Shown one piece after another: positions 40,390 to 50,726 of a stretch of DNA of 64,000 nt; position 1 is the stretch's first letter; the number at the start of each line of letters is the position of its first letter. The position numbers were made by a program, and so were the translations under genes. Source of the DNA: Rickettsiales bacterium (lineage in GTDB: Bacteria; Pseudomonadota; Alphaproteobacteria; Rickettsiales; UBA1997). The notes beneath the pieces are model-generated. The model saw nothing but the letters and a program-made list of their open reading frames with translations, made no database searches and had not been told where the DNA came from. Location of the stretch: NCBI GenBank assembly GCA_038123275.1, contig JAYORG010000007.1, positions 6,299 through 70,298 of the forward strand, read 5' to 3'.

Positions 40390-42145
40390 TTTTGAGAATA
40401 TTTATTGGATGTTATTAATAATAATTATTCCAATAATTTATTTTTTATATAAAAATTTATTTAAGAAAAATAATTTATTTAATAATAAATTAGAATTATT
40501 TGCTGACAAAAAACTTTTACCACATTTGGTAAGAAATTATAGTGCATTATCCTCTAACAAAAATAAAATTCTTTTTTGGTCATTATTATGGGTATTAGCT
40601 ATTATTGCTATTTCTGGACCTAGATGGGGATATGATGAAGTTGAAACTTATAGTAATAATGATAGTTTGGTTATTTTACTTGATTTATCAAAATCAATGA
40701 ATGCCAGTGATATCAAACCATCAAGAATTAAAAGAGCTACTCAAGAAATAGAGGATATTTTAAGATTAAAAGATCAGGATTTAAAAGTAGCCCTTATCGG
40801 ATTTTCTTCAATTCCACATCTCATATCTCCCCTTACTTTTGATTCTAAAACCATAAATAATTTGCTACCTTATATTGATACTAATTTGGTAAATCTAGAA
40901 GGTAGCAATTTAAATAAGGCAATTGCAATGGCAGAGAAATTATTTAGCAGTGGTAATTATCTCAATAAGTCAATTTTGGTTATGAGTGATGGAGGTTTTG
41001 ATAGTTCTGTGATTAATATTTCTAGTGATGTTTCCTTGTCATTTATGGGCTTTGGCACTAAAGAAGGTGCTCCAATTTTAGATAAAAAGGGTAATTTTAT
41101 AAAGAAAGATGATAAAATTATTATTGATAAATTACAAAGTGATGCAATGGGTAATATGACAAAAAATGGCGGTAGGTATATTACGGCAAGTTTCTTGGAT
41201 AATGATACTAACTTTATTTTAAATTTTGTTAAAGATGGTGCTAAAGAAATGGATAATGTAAATGATAATAAGTTTATTTATTACAATGAAATTTTCTATG
41301 TGCCATTAATATTGATGATGATATTAATGTTATTTCTTTTTCAAAAAGGTATTTTTGTAATTTTAATTATGATTTTATTTTTGCCATCTAAAAATTTATC
41401 TGCAGCTATTTTTCTTAATAAACAACAAGAAGCAAAACAAGCATTTGATAATCAAGATTACGAAACAGCAATAGAAAAATTTGATGATCATTATCAAAAA
41501 GGTGTTACTTTATATAGAGCTAAAAAATATAAAGAGGCACAAAAAGAATTTGCAAATTTAAATGATTCTAAATCCAAATATAATTTGGGTAATTCATTTT
41601 TTAAACAAAATAAATTTAAAGAAGCGATCAAATCTTATGAAGAATCTTTAAAGATAAATCCACAGGATGAGGATGCTAAATTTAACATTAAATTAGCTAG
41701 AAAAATGTTAAAACAACAATCCAGTAACCAAAAAAATCAACAGTCTGATAACAAAAATAACAATCAAGAAGATCAGCAAGATAGTAAAGATTCAAATAAA
41801 GCAGATCAGGATAATTCTTCTAGTAAAAATGCTTCTAATCAAAATAATCAAGAAAAAGATTCTAAAAGAAATGATAATTATGATGATAAAGAAGATTCAC
41901 AAAATAAATCTCAAGAAAGTGATAATCAACAAAATATGGATAGTAAAGAAGAAGGTAAAATCAAAAATAAAGATACACAAGATCAAGAAGATAATAGTGA
42001 AGAATTAGAAAATAATGAACCAAATAATCAGCGTGATTTTAATGCTGATAAACAGCTAAATAGAATAAAAACTAATAATGGTAATATTTTAAAGAATCAA
42101 TTTTATATTGAAGAACAACAATTTTTACACAATAAAAATGATTAA
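40376..42145 (+). CDS. VWA + TPR membrane protein (BatB/BatC-like) with a Q/N/D/S-rich tail
   Basis: MIDAS LLDLSKSM, TM segments, TPR repeats (YNLGNSFFKQNKFKEAIKSYEESLKINPQDEDAKFN). The last ~145 aa are low-complexity. Confidence 0.8.
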   Translation: MQEFSFENIYWMLLIIIIPIIYFLYKNLFKKNNLFNNKLELFADKKLLPHLVRNYSALSSNKNKILFWSLLWVLAIIAISGPRWGYDEVETYSNNDSLVILLDLSKSMNASDIKPSRIKRATQEIEDILRLKDQDLKVALIGFSSIPHLISPLTFDSKTINNLLPYIDTNLVNLEGSNLNKAIAMAEKLFSSGNYLNKSILVMSDGGFDSSVINISSDVSLSFMGFGTKEGAPILDKKGNFIKKDDKIIIDKLQSDAMGNMTKNGGRYITASFLDNDTNFILNFVKDGAKEMDNVNDNKFIYYNEIFYVPLILMMILMLFLFQKGIFVILIMILFLPSKNLSAAIFLNKQQEAKQAFDNQDYETAIEKFDDHYQKGVTLYRAKKYKEAQKEFANLNDSKSKYNLGNSFFKQNKFKEAIKSYEESLKINPQDEDAKFNIKLARKMLKQQSSNQKNQQSDNKNNNQEDQQDSKDSNKADQDNSSSKNASNQNNQEKDSKRNDNYDDKEDSQNKSQESDNQQNMDSKEEGKIKNKDTQDQEDNSEELENNEPNNQRDFNADKQLNRIKTNNGNILKNQFYIEEQQFLHNKND

Positions 42146-43826
42146 ATTTTTTTACACCTTTCTTCTTATTTTAACTTTTTTTACAAAATTATCTTACTCT
42201 GCTAGTTTCATAGCTACAGTTGATAAAAATATTATTTCAAATAATGATGTAATTAATTTAAGGCTGACATTACATGACACAAAGGCAACTGAAAAAATAG
42301 ATTTTAGCAATTTAGAAAATGATTTTGTAATTTACAGTCAAAGTCAGTCATCAAATATTAGTGTTATTAATGGAGTTACTAGTAAGAATAAAGCTTTCAA
42401 TGTTGTTTTATTTCCTAAGAAAGAGGGATATTTAACTATTCCTATTTTTACTATTGCTACTAAAGATGGCGTTTTGAAAACAAAACCAATCAAAATTAAG
42501 GTTGATAAGCAGGTATCAAAAAATGATAAAGTAAAAATAATCACCAATATTAGCAAAAAAGATCCCTATGTAAATGAATCGATAATATACAAAGTTAAAG
42601 TAGTTAGTGACGTTGATTTATTTAATACAAATCTACAAATGGCTGATTTAGAAAATGTTATTATTGAGCAATTAGGAGAAGTAAAGCAATATGAAGAAAT
42701 AGATAATGGCATTTCAAAAACTGTTAATGAGATAACTTATATTTTAACCCCTTTAAAACCTGGTATTATTACCATAGATTCTGCAAAATTAAGCGGAGAT
42801 ATTAGGGTTTCTAAGGGCAGAAGAGATAGTTTATTTGGACATTTTAGTATGTTTGACGATTCTAGATATAAGCCATTCATTGTACAAGGTAATAAGATTA
42901 AAATAAATGTTAAAAAAGCTGCCACAAATATTAATGAATGGCTGCCTTTACATTCTTTACAGTTAAGCGAAAGTTGGTCTAATATTAAAAATGCTAAAGT
43001 TGGGGAGCCAATAAATCGTACCATAGTTATCAATGCTACTGGTATTAAATCGAATCAGTTACCAAATACACAATATATGGAATCTAACAAGGAGTTTAAA
43101 ATTTATACTAATAAAGCTGATGTAGGAGATCTTAATACAAATTCTGGTTTACCTATTGCAACAAAATCTTTATCATATGCCATAATACCTAAGGAAAAAG
43201 GAGAAATTATTATTCCACAAATAAAAATTTCCTGGTGGGATGTAAATGACAATAAATTAAAATATGCCTCATTACCTAGAAAAATATTAACAGTTGGGGA
43301 ATCAGATAATATTATCGATAATAGTTTTAACAAAATAGAATCTAAGCAAGAGATTAGTAAATCTCATAATAAAGAGATAGCTGATAATAAAATATTAATC
43401 ATAATATTAACTACACTTTTAATTATCAGTATCATATACATCCTAATATTACGTCATAGATTAAATTCTATTAATATTAAGAAAAAGGTTTTAAGTAAAG
43501 ATTTAGACAATAAGAAGATAGTTAGAAATATAAAATCATCCAAAGACATTAATCATTTGGTCAAGTTATTAAGAGATTATTGTTATGTTAATTTATTCAT
43601 AGCCAAAAACTCTTCTCTTGATGAGGTAAAACACTCTTTAATTGAGTTTAGCTCTTATGATAAAAATAAAATAGAAGATTTATTTAACAAATTAAACCAA
43701 TCTTTATATTCCAATGGCAAGATTCAAATTAAAGAATGCAAGGATGAATTAATTAAAATATTACAATTAGTAAAATTAAAAAATAGAACAAAAAATAAGA
43801 AAGATAACTTAACTTTAAATCCTTAA
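42138..43826 (+). CDS. BatD-like (oxygen-tolerance family) protein
   Basis: From ATG 42138 (MIKFFYTFLLILTFFTKLSYSA signal peptide), a large beta-rich ectodomain and one C-terminal TM (ILIIILTTLLIISIIYILIL). Last gene of the operon. Confidence 0.6.
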   Translation: MIKFFYTFLLILTFFTKLSYSASFIATVDKNIISNNDVINLRLTLHDTKATEKIDFSNLENDFVIYSQSQSSNISVINGVTSKNKAFNVVLFPKKEGYLTIPIFTIATKDGVLKTKPIKIKVDKQVSKNDKVKIITNISKKDPYVNESIIYKVKVVSDVDLFNTNLQMADLENVIIEQLGEVKQYEEIDNGISKTVNEITYILTPLKPGIITIDSAKLSGDIRVSKGRRDSLFGHFSMFDDSRYKPFIVQGNKIKINVKKAATNINEWLPLHSLQLSESWSNIKNAKVGEPINRTIVINATGIKSNQLPNTQYMESNKEFKIYTNKADVGDLNTNSGLPIATKSLSYAIIPKEKGEIIIPQIKISWWDVNDNKLKYASLPRKILTVGESDNIIDNSFNKIESKQEISKSHNKEIADNKILIIILTTLLIISIIYILILRHRLNSINIKKKVLSKDLDNKKIVRNIKSSKDINHLVKLLRDYCYVNLFIAKNSSLDEVKHSLIEFSSYDKNKIEDLFNKLNQSLYSNGKIQIKECKDELIKILQLVKLKNRTKNKKDNLTLNP

Positions 43827-43879
43827 AACCTGTCCTAAATCCAAAAACATCAAAAAGTGTATATGTAAGGCAAGATGAA

Positions 43880-45370
43880 TTATTCGGTAGAATAATTAGG
43901 AGATTCATTAGTAATATTAATGCTATGAGCATGGCTTTCTTTTAGACCAGAATTAGTTATTCTAATAAATGAACAATTTTGCTTCATATTGCCAATTGTC
44001 TTATTGCCAGTGTAACCCATTGCAGATTTCAAACCACCGATTAATTGGTGAATTACATTAAACGCTGACCCTTTATACGGTACTCTACCTTCAACACCTT
44101 CAGGAACTAATTTTAATTTATCACTAATATCTTCTTGAAAATAACGATCCGCAGAGCCTCGAGCCATAGCTCCAACCGATCCCATGCCACGATAAATTTT
44201 GTAAGATCTTCCTTTAAATAAAGTAATTTCACCAGGGGTTTCATCGCACCCTGCTAACAAGCCACCAAGCATTACACACGAGGCACCAGCAGCAATTGCT
44301 TTAGCTAAATCTCCAGAAAATTTAATACCACCGTCAGAAATTAATGGCACTTTATACTTATCACAAATTTCACTAACTTCTAAAATAGCAGATAATTGTG
44401 GATGGCCAACACCAGCAACAATTCTAGTTGTACAAATTGACCCTGGTCCAATACCAACTTTTACACCATCAGCGCCAGCATCAATTAAAGTTTTAGCTGC
44501 CTTGGCAGTAGCAATATTACCAGCAATGATATCTGTTTTTGGATAGGCTTTTTTAATTTCTTTTATCGAGTCAACAACTCCTTTTGAGTGACCATGAGCT
44601 GTATCAATTACAATTACATCCACACCAGCTTCAATTAAAGCCTCTGCTCTTTTAAAGCCATCTTTACCAACACCAGTAGCAGCTGCAACTCTTAAAGAGC
44701 CATTTTTATCTTTACAGGCATTAGGGAATTGTTTTGATTTTTCAATATCTTTACTAGTAATTAAACCAATACAATTTTGGTTATCATCAACAACTAATAT
44801 TCTCTCTATTTTATTTTTATGAAGTAGGTTTTTGGCATCTTTTCTATTAATATTACTTTTAGCAGTGACTAAATTATCTTTAGTCATTAATTCACTAACT
44901 AATTGCTTTTTATCTGTAGCAAAACGTACATCTCTATTAGTTAAAATGCCGACTAATTTTTGACTTCCTTCTTTTTGAACTACCGGAATTCCAGAAATGT
45001 CAAATTTTTTCATAATTTGCAAAGCCTCTCCCAAAGTTTGAGCAGGAGTAATAGTTAGTGGATTAATTACAATGCCAGATTCAAACTTCTTAACTTTCCT
45101 AACCTCATCAGCTTGATCTTTAATAGTTAAATTTTTATGAATACAACCCATACCACCAGACTGAGCCATGGCAATTGCTAACTTAGATTCAGTAACAGTG
45201 TCCATCGCTGAAGAAATTAAAGGAATGTTAATTTCAATATTTTTGGTAATTTTAGTTTGTGTTTGCGCATTTGCAGGAAGTATTTCTGAATATGCAGGCC
45301 TTAATAAAACATCATCAAATGTTAGAGAAACAGGGGAATCATTAATTTCTTTTCTTAATTTCTTAGACAT
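43880..45370 (-). CDS. guaB: IMP dehydrogenase
   Basis: 496 aa. CBS pair insert, catalytic loop GIGPGSICTTR, GGIKFSGD, YRGMGS. Confidence 0.95.
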   Translation of the reverse strand: MSKKLRKEINDSPVSLTFDDVLLRPAYSEILPANAQTQTKITKNIEINIPLISSAMDTVTESKLAIAMAQSGGMGCIHKNLTIKDQADEVRKVKKFESGIVINPLTITPAQTLGEALQIMKKFDISGIPVVQKEGSQKLVGILTNRDVRFATDKKQLVSELMTKDNLVTAKSNINRKDAKNLLHKNKIERILVVDDNQNCIGLITSKDIEKSKQFPNACKDKNGSLRVAAATGVGKDGFKRAEALIEAGVDVIVIDTAHGHSKGVVDSIKEIKKAYPKTDIIAGNIATAKAAKTLIDAGADGVKVGIGPGSICTTRIVAGVGHPQLSAILEVSEICDKYKVPLISDGGIKFSGDLAKAIAAGASCVMLGGLLAGCDETPGEITLFKGRSYKIYRGMGSVGAMARGSADRYFQEDISDKLKLVPEGVEGRVPYKGSAFNVIHQLIGGLKSAMGYTGNKTIGNMKQNCSFIRITNSGLKESHAHSINITNESPNYSTE

Positions 45371-45422
45371 TATTTGTTTTAAAAAATTGCATTTATTGTA
45401 ATGCTAGATTACTTTATTCGCT

Positions 45423-45485
45423 ATTGCTTAAAAAACAATGATAAATAATCCAAATTGCTTAAAAAACAATGATAAATAATCCAAA
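45423..45485 (+). repeat. 31-bp perfect tandem duplication spanning the fur start codon
   Basis: ATTGCTTAAAAAACAATGATAAATAATCCAA occurs twice in tandem (ATGs at 45438 and 45469). Each unit contains the Fur-box-like half site AATGATAA. Confidence 0.85.
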
Positions 45486-45906
45486 ATACCTTATGCCTTC
45501 AAGAATAGAAAAATTATGTGAGGAAAAAAACATTAAACTCACAGAAAATAGAAGAATTATTGCTAAAGTAATTTCCAATTCCAATAATCACCCCGATATT
45601 GAAGAGGTTTACAACAAAGCATCAAAAATTAATCCTAAAATTGGCATTGCTACAGTTTATCGTGCCGTTAAAATGTTTGAAGAAGAAAATGTTATTTTAA
45701 AACATGATTTTGGCGAAGGTAAAGCCAGATACGAAGAAATTAACGAAGAAGATCATCACGATCATTTAATAGACGTTAATAGCGGCAAAGTAGTTGAATT
45801 TTTTGATGAAGAATTAGAAAAGCTAAAAGATAAAATTGCCCATGATTTAGGCTACAAATTAATAGATCATCGCTTAGAACTTTACGCCGTTCCTCTAAAA
45901 AAATAA
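45469..45906 (+). CDS. fur: Fur-family metalloregulator (alphaproteobacterial Fur/Mur type, no CxxC)
   Basis: 145 aa. wHTH (IATVYRAVKMFEE), EDHHDHLIDVNSGKVVEF, HRLELY. Confidence 0.88.
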   Translation: MINNPKYLMPSRIEKLCEEKNIKLTENRRIIAKVISNSNNHPDIEEVYNKASKINPKIGIATVYRAVKMFEEENVILKHDFGEGKARYEEINEEDHHDHLIDVNSGKVVEFFDEELEKLKDKIAHDLGYKLIDHRLELYAVPLKK

Positions 45907-45909
45907 TTC

Positions 45910-46767
45910 ATGATTAAAGATATTTTAAAACAACAAGTTGCTTTTGAAGGTGCTGCTAATTTAGAAAAATTTCATGCAATTTTTACTAGCCTTTACAATA
46001 TTAAATTATTTAAAAATGGCTTAGATTTAGTCTTAACAAAAATGCAAGAGGGCGACCTTAAATTTGAAGTTAAAATAATTAAAGGTTGGGACACAAATGT
46101 TGGTTGTTATTTAACCGAGCAAAGCAAAGTTTTTAATAAGGTTAAAAACATGTTTTCTGACAAATTTAGACATAAAATTATCATCAGAAATTTATTAGTT
46201 AACGTTGTTGCTCACGAGATGGCACATGCTTTAGAAATTGAAGGTGGTATTGTCTTAAATAACAATTTTAGAAAAGCCATTGGTTTTGACATGAAAGACA
46301 GAAAACCAAGCAATGTTGCTCTTCAAGGCGAGATAAAAAGAGTAATGGTTGAAGATGTAAAATCTTATCCTCAACATCAAATTATTTCAGAATTATTTGC
46401 TCGTTATTTTGAACTATTAAGCCTTTCACGAGATGTAGAAATTAATGGCGCTTTTTTAACCTCAGAAGTAATGGATTTTTTTGCTAACACAACCAAGTGG
46501 CTTGATCAAATTTTTAATCCAAAAATTAAAAGTAAAATTGATTTGCAAATTGCTAATCACACTTCCAAAATGATCGCTAATAATGCTTTTAAAGTAGAGA
46601 AAAAATTTGCTCATAAAGTAGATTCTTTTTACAAGCAAACAGATGAAAAAGGCAAAAAAACTTGGAGTGCAAATGTTAAATCCAATGCTCAATGGCAAAA
46701 ATCTTACGAAGATCACAAAGGAGCAATAGAGCAAAATAGTAATAAAAATATTGAAGATAAAACTTAA
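45910..46767 (+). CDS. hypothetical protein with an HExxH motif
   Basis: 285 aa with VVAHEMAHALEIEGG. Packed 3 nt after fur and 3 nt before thrB. Confidence 0.5.
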   Translation: MIKDILKQQVAFEGAANLEKFHAIFTSLYNIKLFKNGLDLVLTKMQEGDLKFEVKIIKGWDTNVGCYLTEQSKVFNKVKNMFSDKFRHKIIIRNLLVNVVAHEMAHALEIEGGIVLNNNFRKAIGFDMKDRKPSNVALQGEIKRVMVEDVKSYPQHQIISELFARYFELLSLSRDVEINGAFLTSEVMDFFANTTKWLDQIFNPKIKSKIDLQIANHTSKMIANNAFKVEKKFAHKVDSFYKQTDEKGKKTWSANVKSNAQWQKSYEDHKGAIEQNSNKNIEDKT

Positions 46768-46770
46768 AAA

Positions 46771-47739
46771 ATGGCAGTTCACACAAAATTAAACTTTGAA
46801 GATATTTCTAAATTTTTAGAAAATTACAATATTGGCAAATTAGTTTCTTTTAAAGAAATTATTGATGGTATTGATAATTCTAACTTTATTATCCAAACAG
46901 ATTCAGACAAATTTATTCTAACAATTTTTGAAAGTAGAATTAATAAAGATGAGTTGCCATTTTTTATCAATTTAAAAGACCATCTATCCAAACAAGATAT
47001 TTGTTGTCCAAAACCAATCAAAAATAATTCTGGTTCCTTAATCAACAATATCAAAAACAAGCCTGCTTTAATTGTTACCTTCTTAAGCGGCGCCATGCTC
47101 AGGCCACAAGAAAACGGCCTTTACGCTAATATTACCACTAAACATTGCTTTGAAATTGGTAAAAATTTAGCATTTTTACATCTTGGTGTAAAAGATTTTA
47201 AAGAGACAAGACATAACGATCTAGGTATTGATGGTTGGGAAAAGCTCTTTAATAAAATGTCAGATAAAATTAAAGGCTATCAATTAGAGTTAAGTGTTGA
47301 AATTAAGAATTATCTAAAATTTCTAGAAAGCAACTGGCAACGCAATTTTGAAAGTGGAGTTGTGCATGTAGATTTATTTCCAGACAATGTTTTCTTCAAC
47401 GAAAATAATGAAGTTAGCGGTGTAATAGATTTTTACTTTGCCGCCACCGATCTATTCATTTACGACTTAGCAATTATCATTAATGCTTGGGCTTTTGACG
47501 AAAATAACAAATTTAACGAGGAAAAATTTGAACAAATTATCAAAGGATACGAAACCATTAAACCAATCAAAAAAGAAGAAAAACAATTCCTAAATATCGC
47601 CTTAATGGGTGCCTCAATGCGCTTTCTACTAACCAGACTTTACGATGCATTTAACACACCAAAAGATTCACTAGTCACTATCAAAGACCCAAAAGAATAT
47701 CTAGAAAAAATCCGCTTCTTTTTTAGCAGAATTAATTAA
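46771..47739 (+). CDS. thrB: homoserine kinase, type II (APH-fold ThrB)
   Basis: 322 aa. VHVDLFPDNVFF (catalytic loop) and GVIDFYFA motifs typical of the alphaproteobacterial ThrB class. Confidence 0.8.
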   Translation: MAVHTKLNFEDISKFLENYNIGKLVSFKEIIDGIDNSNFIIQTDSDKFILTIFESRINKDELPFFINLKDHLSKQDICCPKPIKNNSGSLINNIKNKPALIVTFLSGAMLRPQENGLYANITTKHCFEIGKNLAFLHLGVKDFKETRHNDLGIDGWEKLFNKMSDKIKGYQLELSVEIKNYLKFLESNWQRNFESGVVHVDLFPDNVFFNENNEVSGVIDFYFAATDLFIYDLAIIINAWAFDENNKFNEEKFEQIIKGYETIKPIKKEEKQFLNIALMGASMRFLLTRLYDAFNTPKDSLVTIKDPKEYLEKIRFFFSRIN

Positions 47740-47830
47740 AAAATAACCTGTACTTATTTTAAAATTATCACCTAAACTAGATAATTACCACCATTTACCT
47801 ATTTTTCCAGTGCACCAAACTTCCTTCTAC

Positions 47831-47902
47831 CTGTCATGCTGAACTTAGAGAATCTCGAGCTGCTTTTTGCAGCTATAGAGTCTCTTACATGAAGTATCTC
47901 AC
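47831..47902 (+). repeat. RPE-like short palindromic repeat, copy 4
   Basis: CTGTCATGCTGAACTTAGAGAAT...central hairpin GAGCTGC/GCAGCT...CATGAAGTATCTCACC. The termini match the reverse-oriented copy at 197-271. Confidence 0.65.
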
Positions 47903-48309
47903 CCCACAAAACGTCAATAAATTAAACTCAACCCATACTTTCTCATTAATAACATATTAACCAAAAACAAAACATTACAGTAGCTATTAAGTGTAATATT
48001 CATGCCAATTAATTTAAATTTATTGTCATTGCCCACAGGGCAATATCAACTAAATAACTTAAAAAAACAAATTTAAGCACATTCCTAAAGAATATTAAAT
48101 ATACTAAAAGCAATTAAATACAAATTAAGATAATACTAAATTTTCTTAAACATGTTTAATATTATTAAACAAATAAATCACCATGTGTTCCTGTATCTTT
48201 TATTGCATGTCCTATTTCTTCTACTCATATATTTGAAATTATAATCTTGTAATTTAACCGTCACATTATTAATATTGACTATTAATTATGTAAAATATTG
48301 AGATCAAAT

Positions 48310-50707
48310 ATGCCTAAGACAAAAGAAAATTTAGCAAAGATGGTGGAGGATTATTTGATAGAACATGCCTATAATGATGGTGCTTATACTTTAAAGAAAG
48401 GTCTTACAACACAAACTAAAAAAATAATTAATAAAGAATGGGCAGCCTTCTTAGAAAAAAATAGTTTTTCGCAAACCCAGAAAGATGAAATTATGGATTC
48501 TACTGCAAGAATGGTTGCTTATTACTTTCTTCTTAATACAAGAGGCCAGTTCTTTGAACAGAAAAAACAAAATATATCTAATTTAAAAGAGAATACGGGT
48601 GTTTTTTTTTATTGGTCATATCAATCCAGGCTTTGTTTTGTTGACTGTAGTTACTTTAACATCACCTTTATTTCCTCCTTTGTTTTTAGCGCCTATAGGG
48701 TTTGGAATAGGTATGATTATGGTAGGAATTAACGAACGTGTCAGCAGAAGATATAAAAAAGGTATAAAATCAAGTTTTGTTAGTAGGCAGAATGAAGCTC
48801 AAAGAGATTTATCAGGTCTATTAAGCAACATTCTTTTAACGGTTCAAGGTTTAGACTCACAAGAAAGGACAAATTTATTAGGAAAGCTAAGAGATGTTAT
48901 TAAATATGAATCTAAAGAAATAAAAGACGGTCAAAAAAGATCTAGAGCAAATTTACACATAATAGGAAGAAAAATAGATATTAATCAATCTAAAGAGCTA
49001 GGAAAGATTATAAAATCCATAAAAACAGATTTTAGGAATCCTATTAAAATAGTTTTAGCTGCAAATCAAATTAGCGATAAAGGTCTTGAAACTTTTATGG
49101 AGTCATTAAAAAATAAGAAAAACTTATTTGAGTTACACTTCAACAGTAATCGTTTAAATAAAAGGCAATTAAATTTTTTAATAGAGTGTTTAAGAGATAA
49201 TGTAAATATCGTTAATTTAGAATTAAATAATGTTAACGTTACAGACCAACAAAGAGATGATATTAGAGATGCATTAAAGAAGTCTTCGGCAATAAGAGAT
49301 ATTCTTGATAATATCATACCAAGGAGAAAAATAAAGATAAATGCCATAAAAGCAATAACCAACTTTTTAGCTCGGAATAAAAATATTGATAATATTTCTT
49401 TATTTCACTTACTAGTACCATTCTTAGTAGAAGATATTAATTTGTTTGAGAGCAAAGAAACAATTAATAGAAGCCTTGCCAAAAGCACAAGGGAGTTCTT
49501 AAATGATTTAAGTCCACAAGATGTAAAGATACTTAATCAGCACATTATTGCATTAGCCAGTAAATATCCTGTAAGAGAACCATTAACTTTGCAAGAAATA
49601 ATAGAAAATCAGCTACAATGCTCAAGACCAATGAAATTTGCAAAACCTAATTCAAGAAGATTTAGTAACAAAGATTCTAAACAACCAAGTTCTAGTCGTA
49701 TTATTAAACTATATTTTAATAATAATAAAATGTTTAAAGAACTTAAGAAATTACCAATGATGTGTCATTGGAATAATTGGAGATGGAAAAGTAATGATCA
49801 ATATGTAAAAATTTCTCTAACAAGCAAAAAAGATGCTGATATAAAATTAGAAATGAAGGAATCTAATTTGAAGCGTTTTTTGGATGAAATTGGTATTTAT
49901 ACAAAAGATAATAATCCCTTCAAACAGCTTAATGAGGAGCGTGAGCAATATGAGCATGCTACTCAAGAAATTACAGTTGATAGTAAAGCTGCAACAATAC
50001 CATTATTTAAAGAAAAATCATTATCTTTGCAAAAAAGAATAGAAAGTCAATTACAATGCTCTGGGTCAATGAAATTTGATGGATCAGAATCTAAAAAGAA
50101 AAATAAAACTGTTACACTATATTTTAGTGACGATAATAATTTTCAGATGATTCGCCGTAAACTTGATGCTCAAGGCAGTAAAATAGCAGATGTTGAAACC
50201 TTAGAATCAAAAGAATCAAATTCTACACATAAAATAATAATTAAAGCATCAGATTTAAAAGATTTTCTAGATATATTAGGTGTTAATTCAAGATATGTTA
50301 ATCCTTTTAAACAGCTTCAAAAAGAGCGTAGAGAAAATAAGTTAGGAGAAGAGATAGAAAAGAAAGGAAATAGGAAAAATAAAAACAATAGAAAAATTTT
50401 ACCTTTACCTCCTTCTTCATCTGAATTAGGCTTTCAAAAAGCAGAACCTGATTTATACGAAAATGCAAGTGATATTTCAACAAATAGTGTTCTAGAGGAA
50501 GAAGAAAAAGATATAAAATCTAAGCCTAAAGATTTATCTGAAATTAACTTAGATCTAAAAGAAGAATTTCTGGATTTAAACAAAAGTAGTACACAGAAGA
50601 GTTCAACAAGTATTATTTCACAGGAATCTATTCCTAAAGCTATAGTTGCACATCCAAAAGGTTCTAAGGCACAGGACAGCAAAGTTTTGGATCATAAGAA
50701 GCGTTAG
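48310..50707 (+). pseudogene. frameshifted (T9 tract) gene for a membrane-anchored RI-type leucine-rich-repeat protein with two ~110-aa internal repeats
   Basis: ORF 48298..48732 (ATG at 48310) and ORF 48599..50707 change frame inside a T9 run (48602-48610). With T8 the reading ..LKENTGVFF|IGHINPGFVLL.. is continuous. LRR block at ~49037-49303; internal repeats at ~49580-49948 and ~50018-50338. Confidence 0.6.
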
Positions 50708-50726
50708 GATTTATTAACATAAAGTT

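Noticed and set aside
45423-45485. Checked whether the 31-bp tandem repeat, or any other repeat set, could be a CRISPR array.
   Set aside because: There are only two directly abutting units with no spacers and no cas genes. The dispersed ~70-bp repeats are tens of kb apart. No CRISPR is present.
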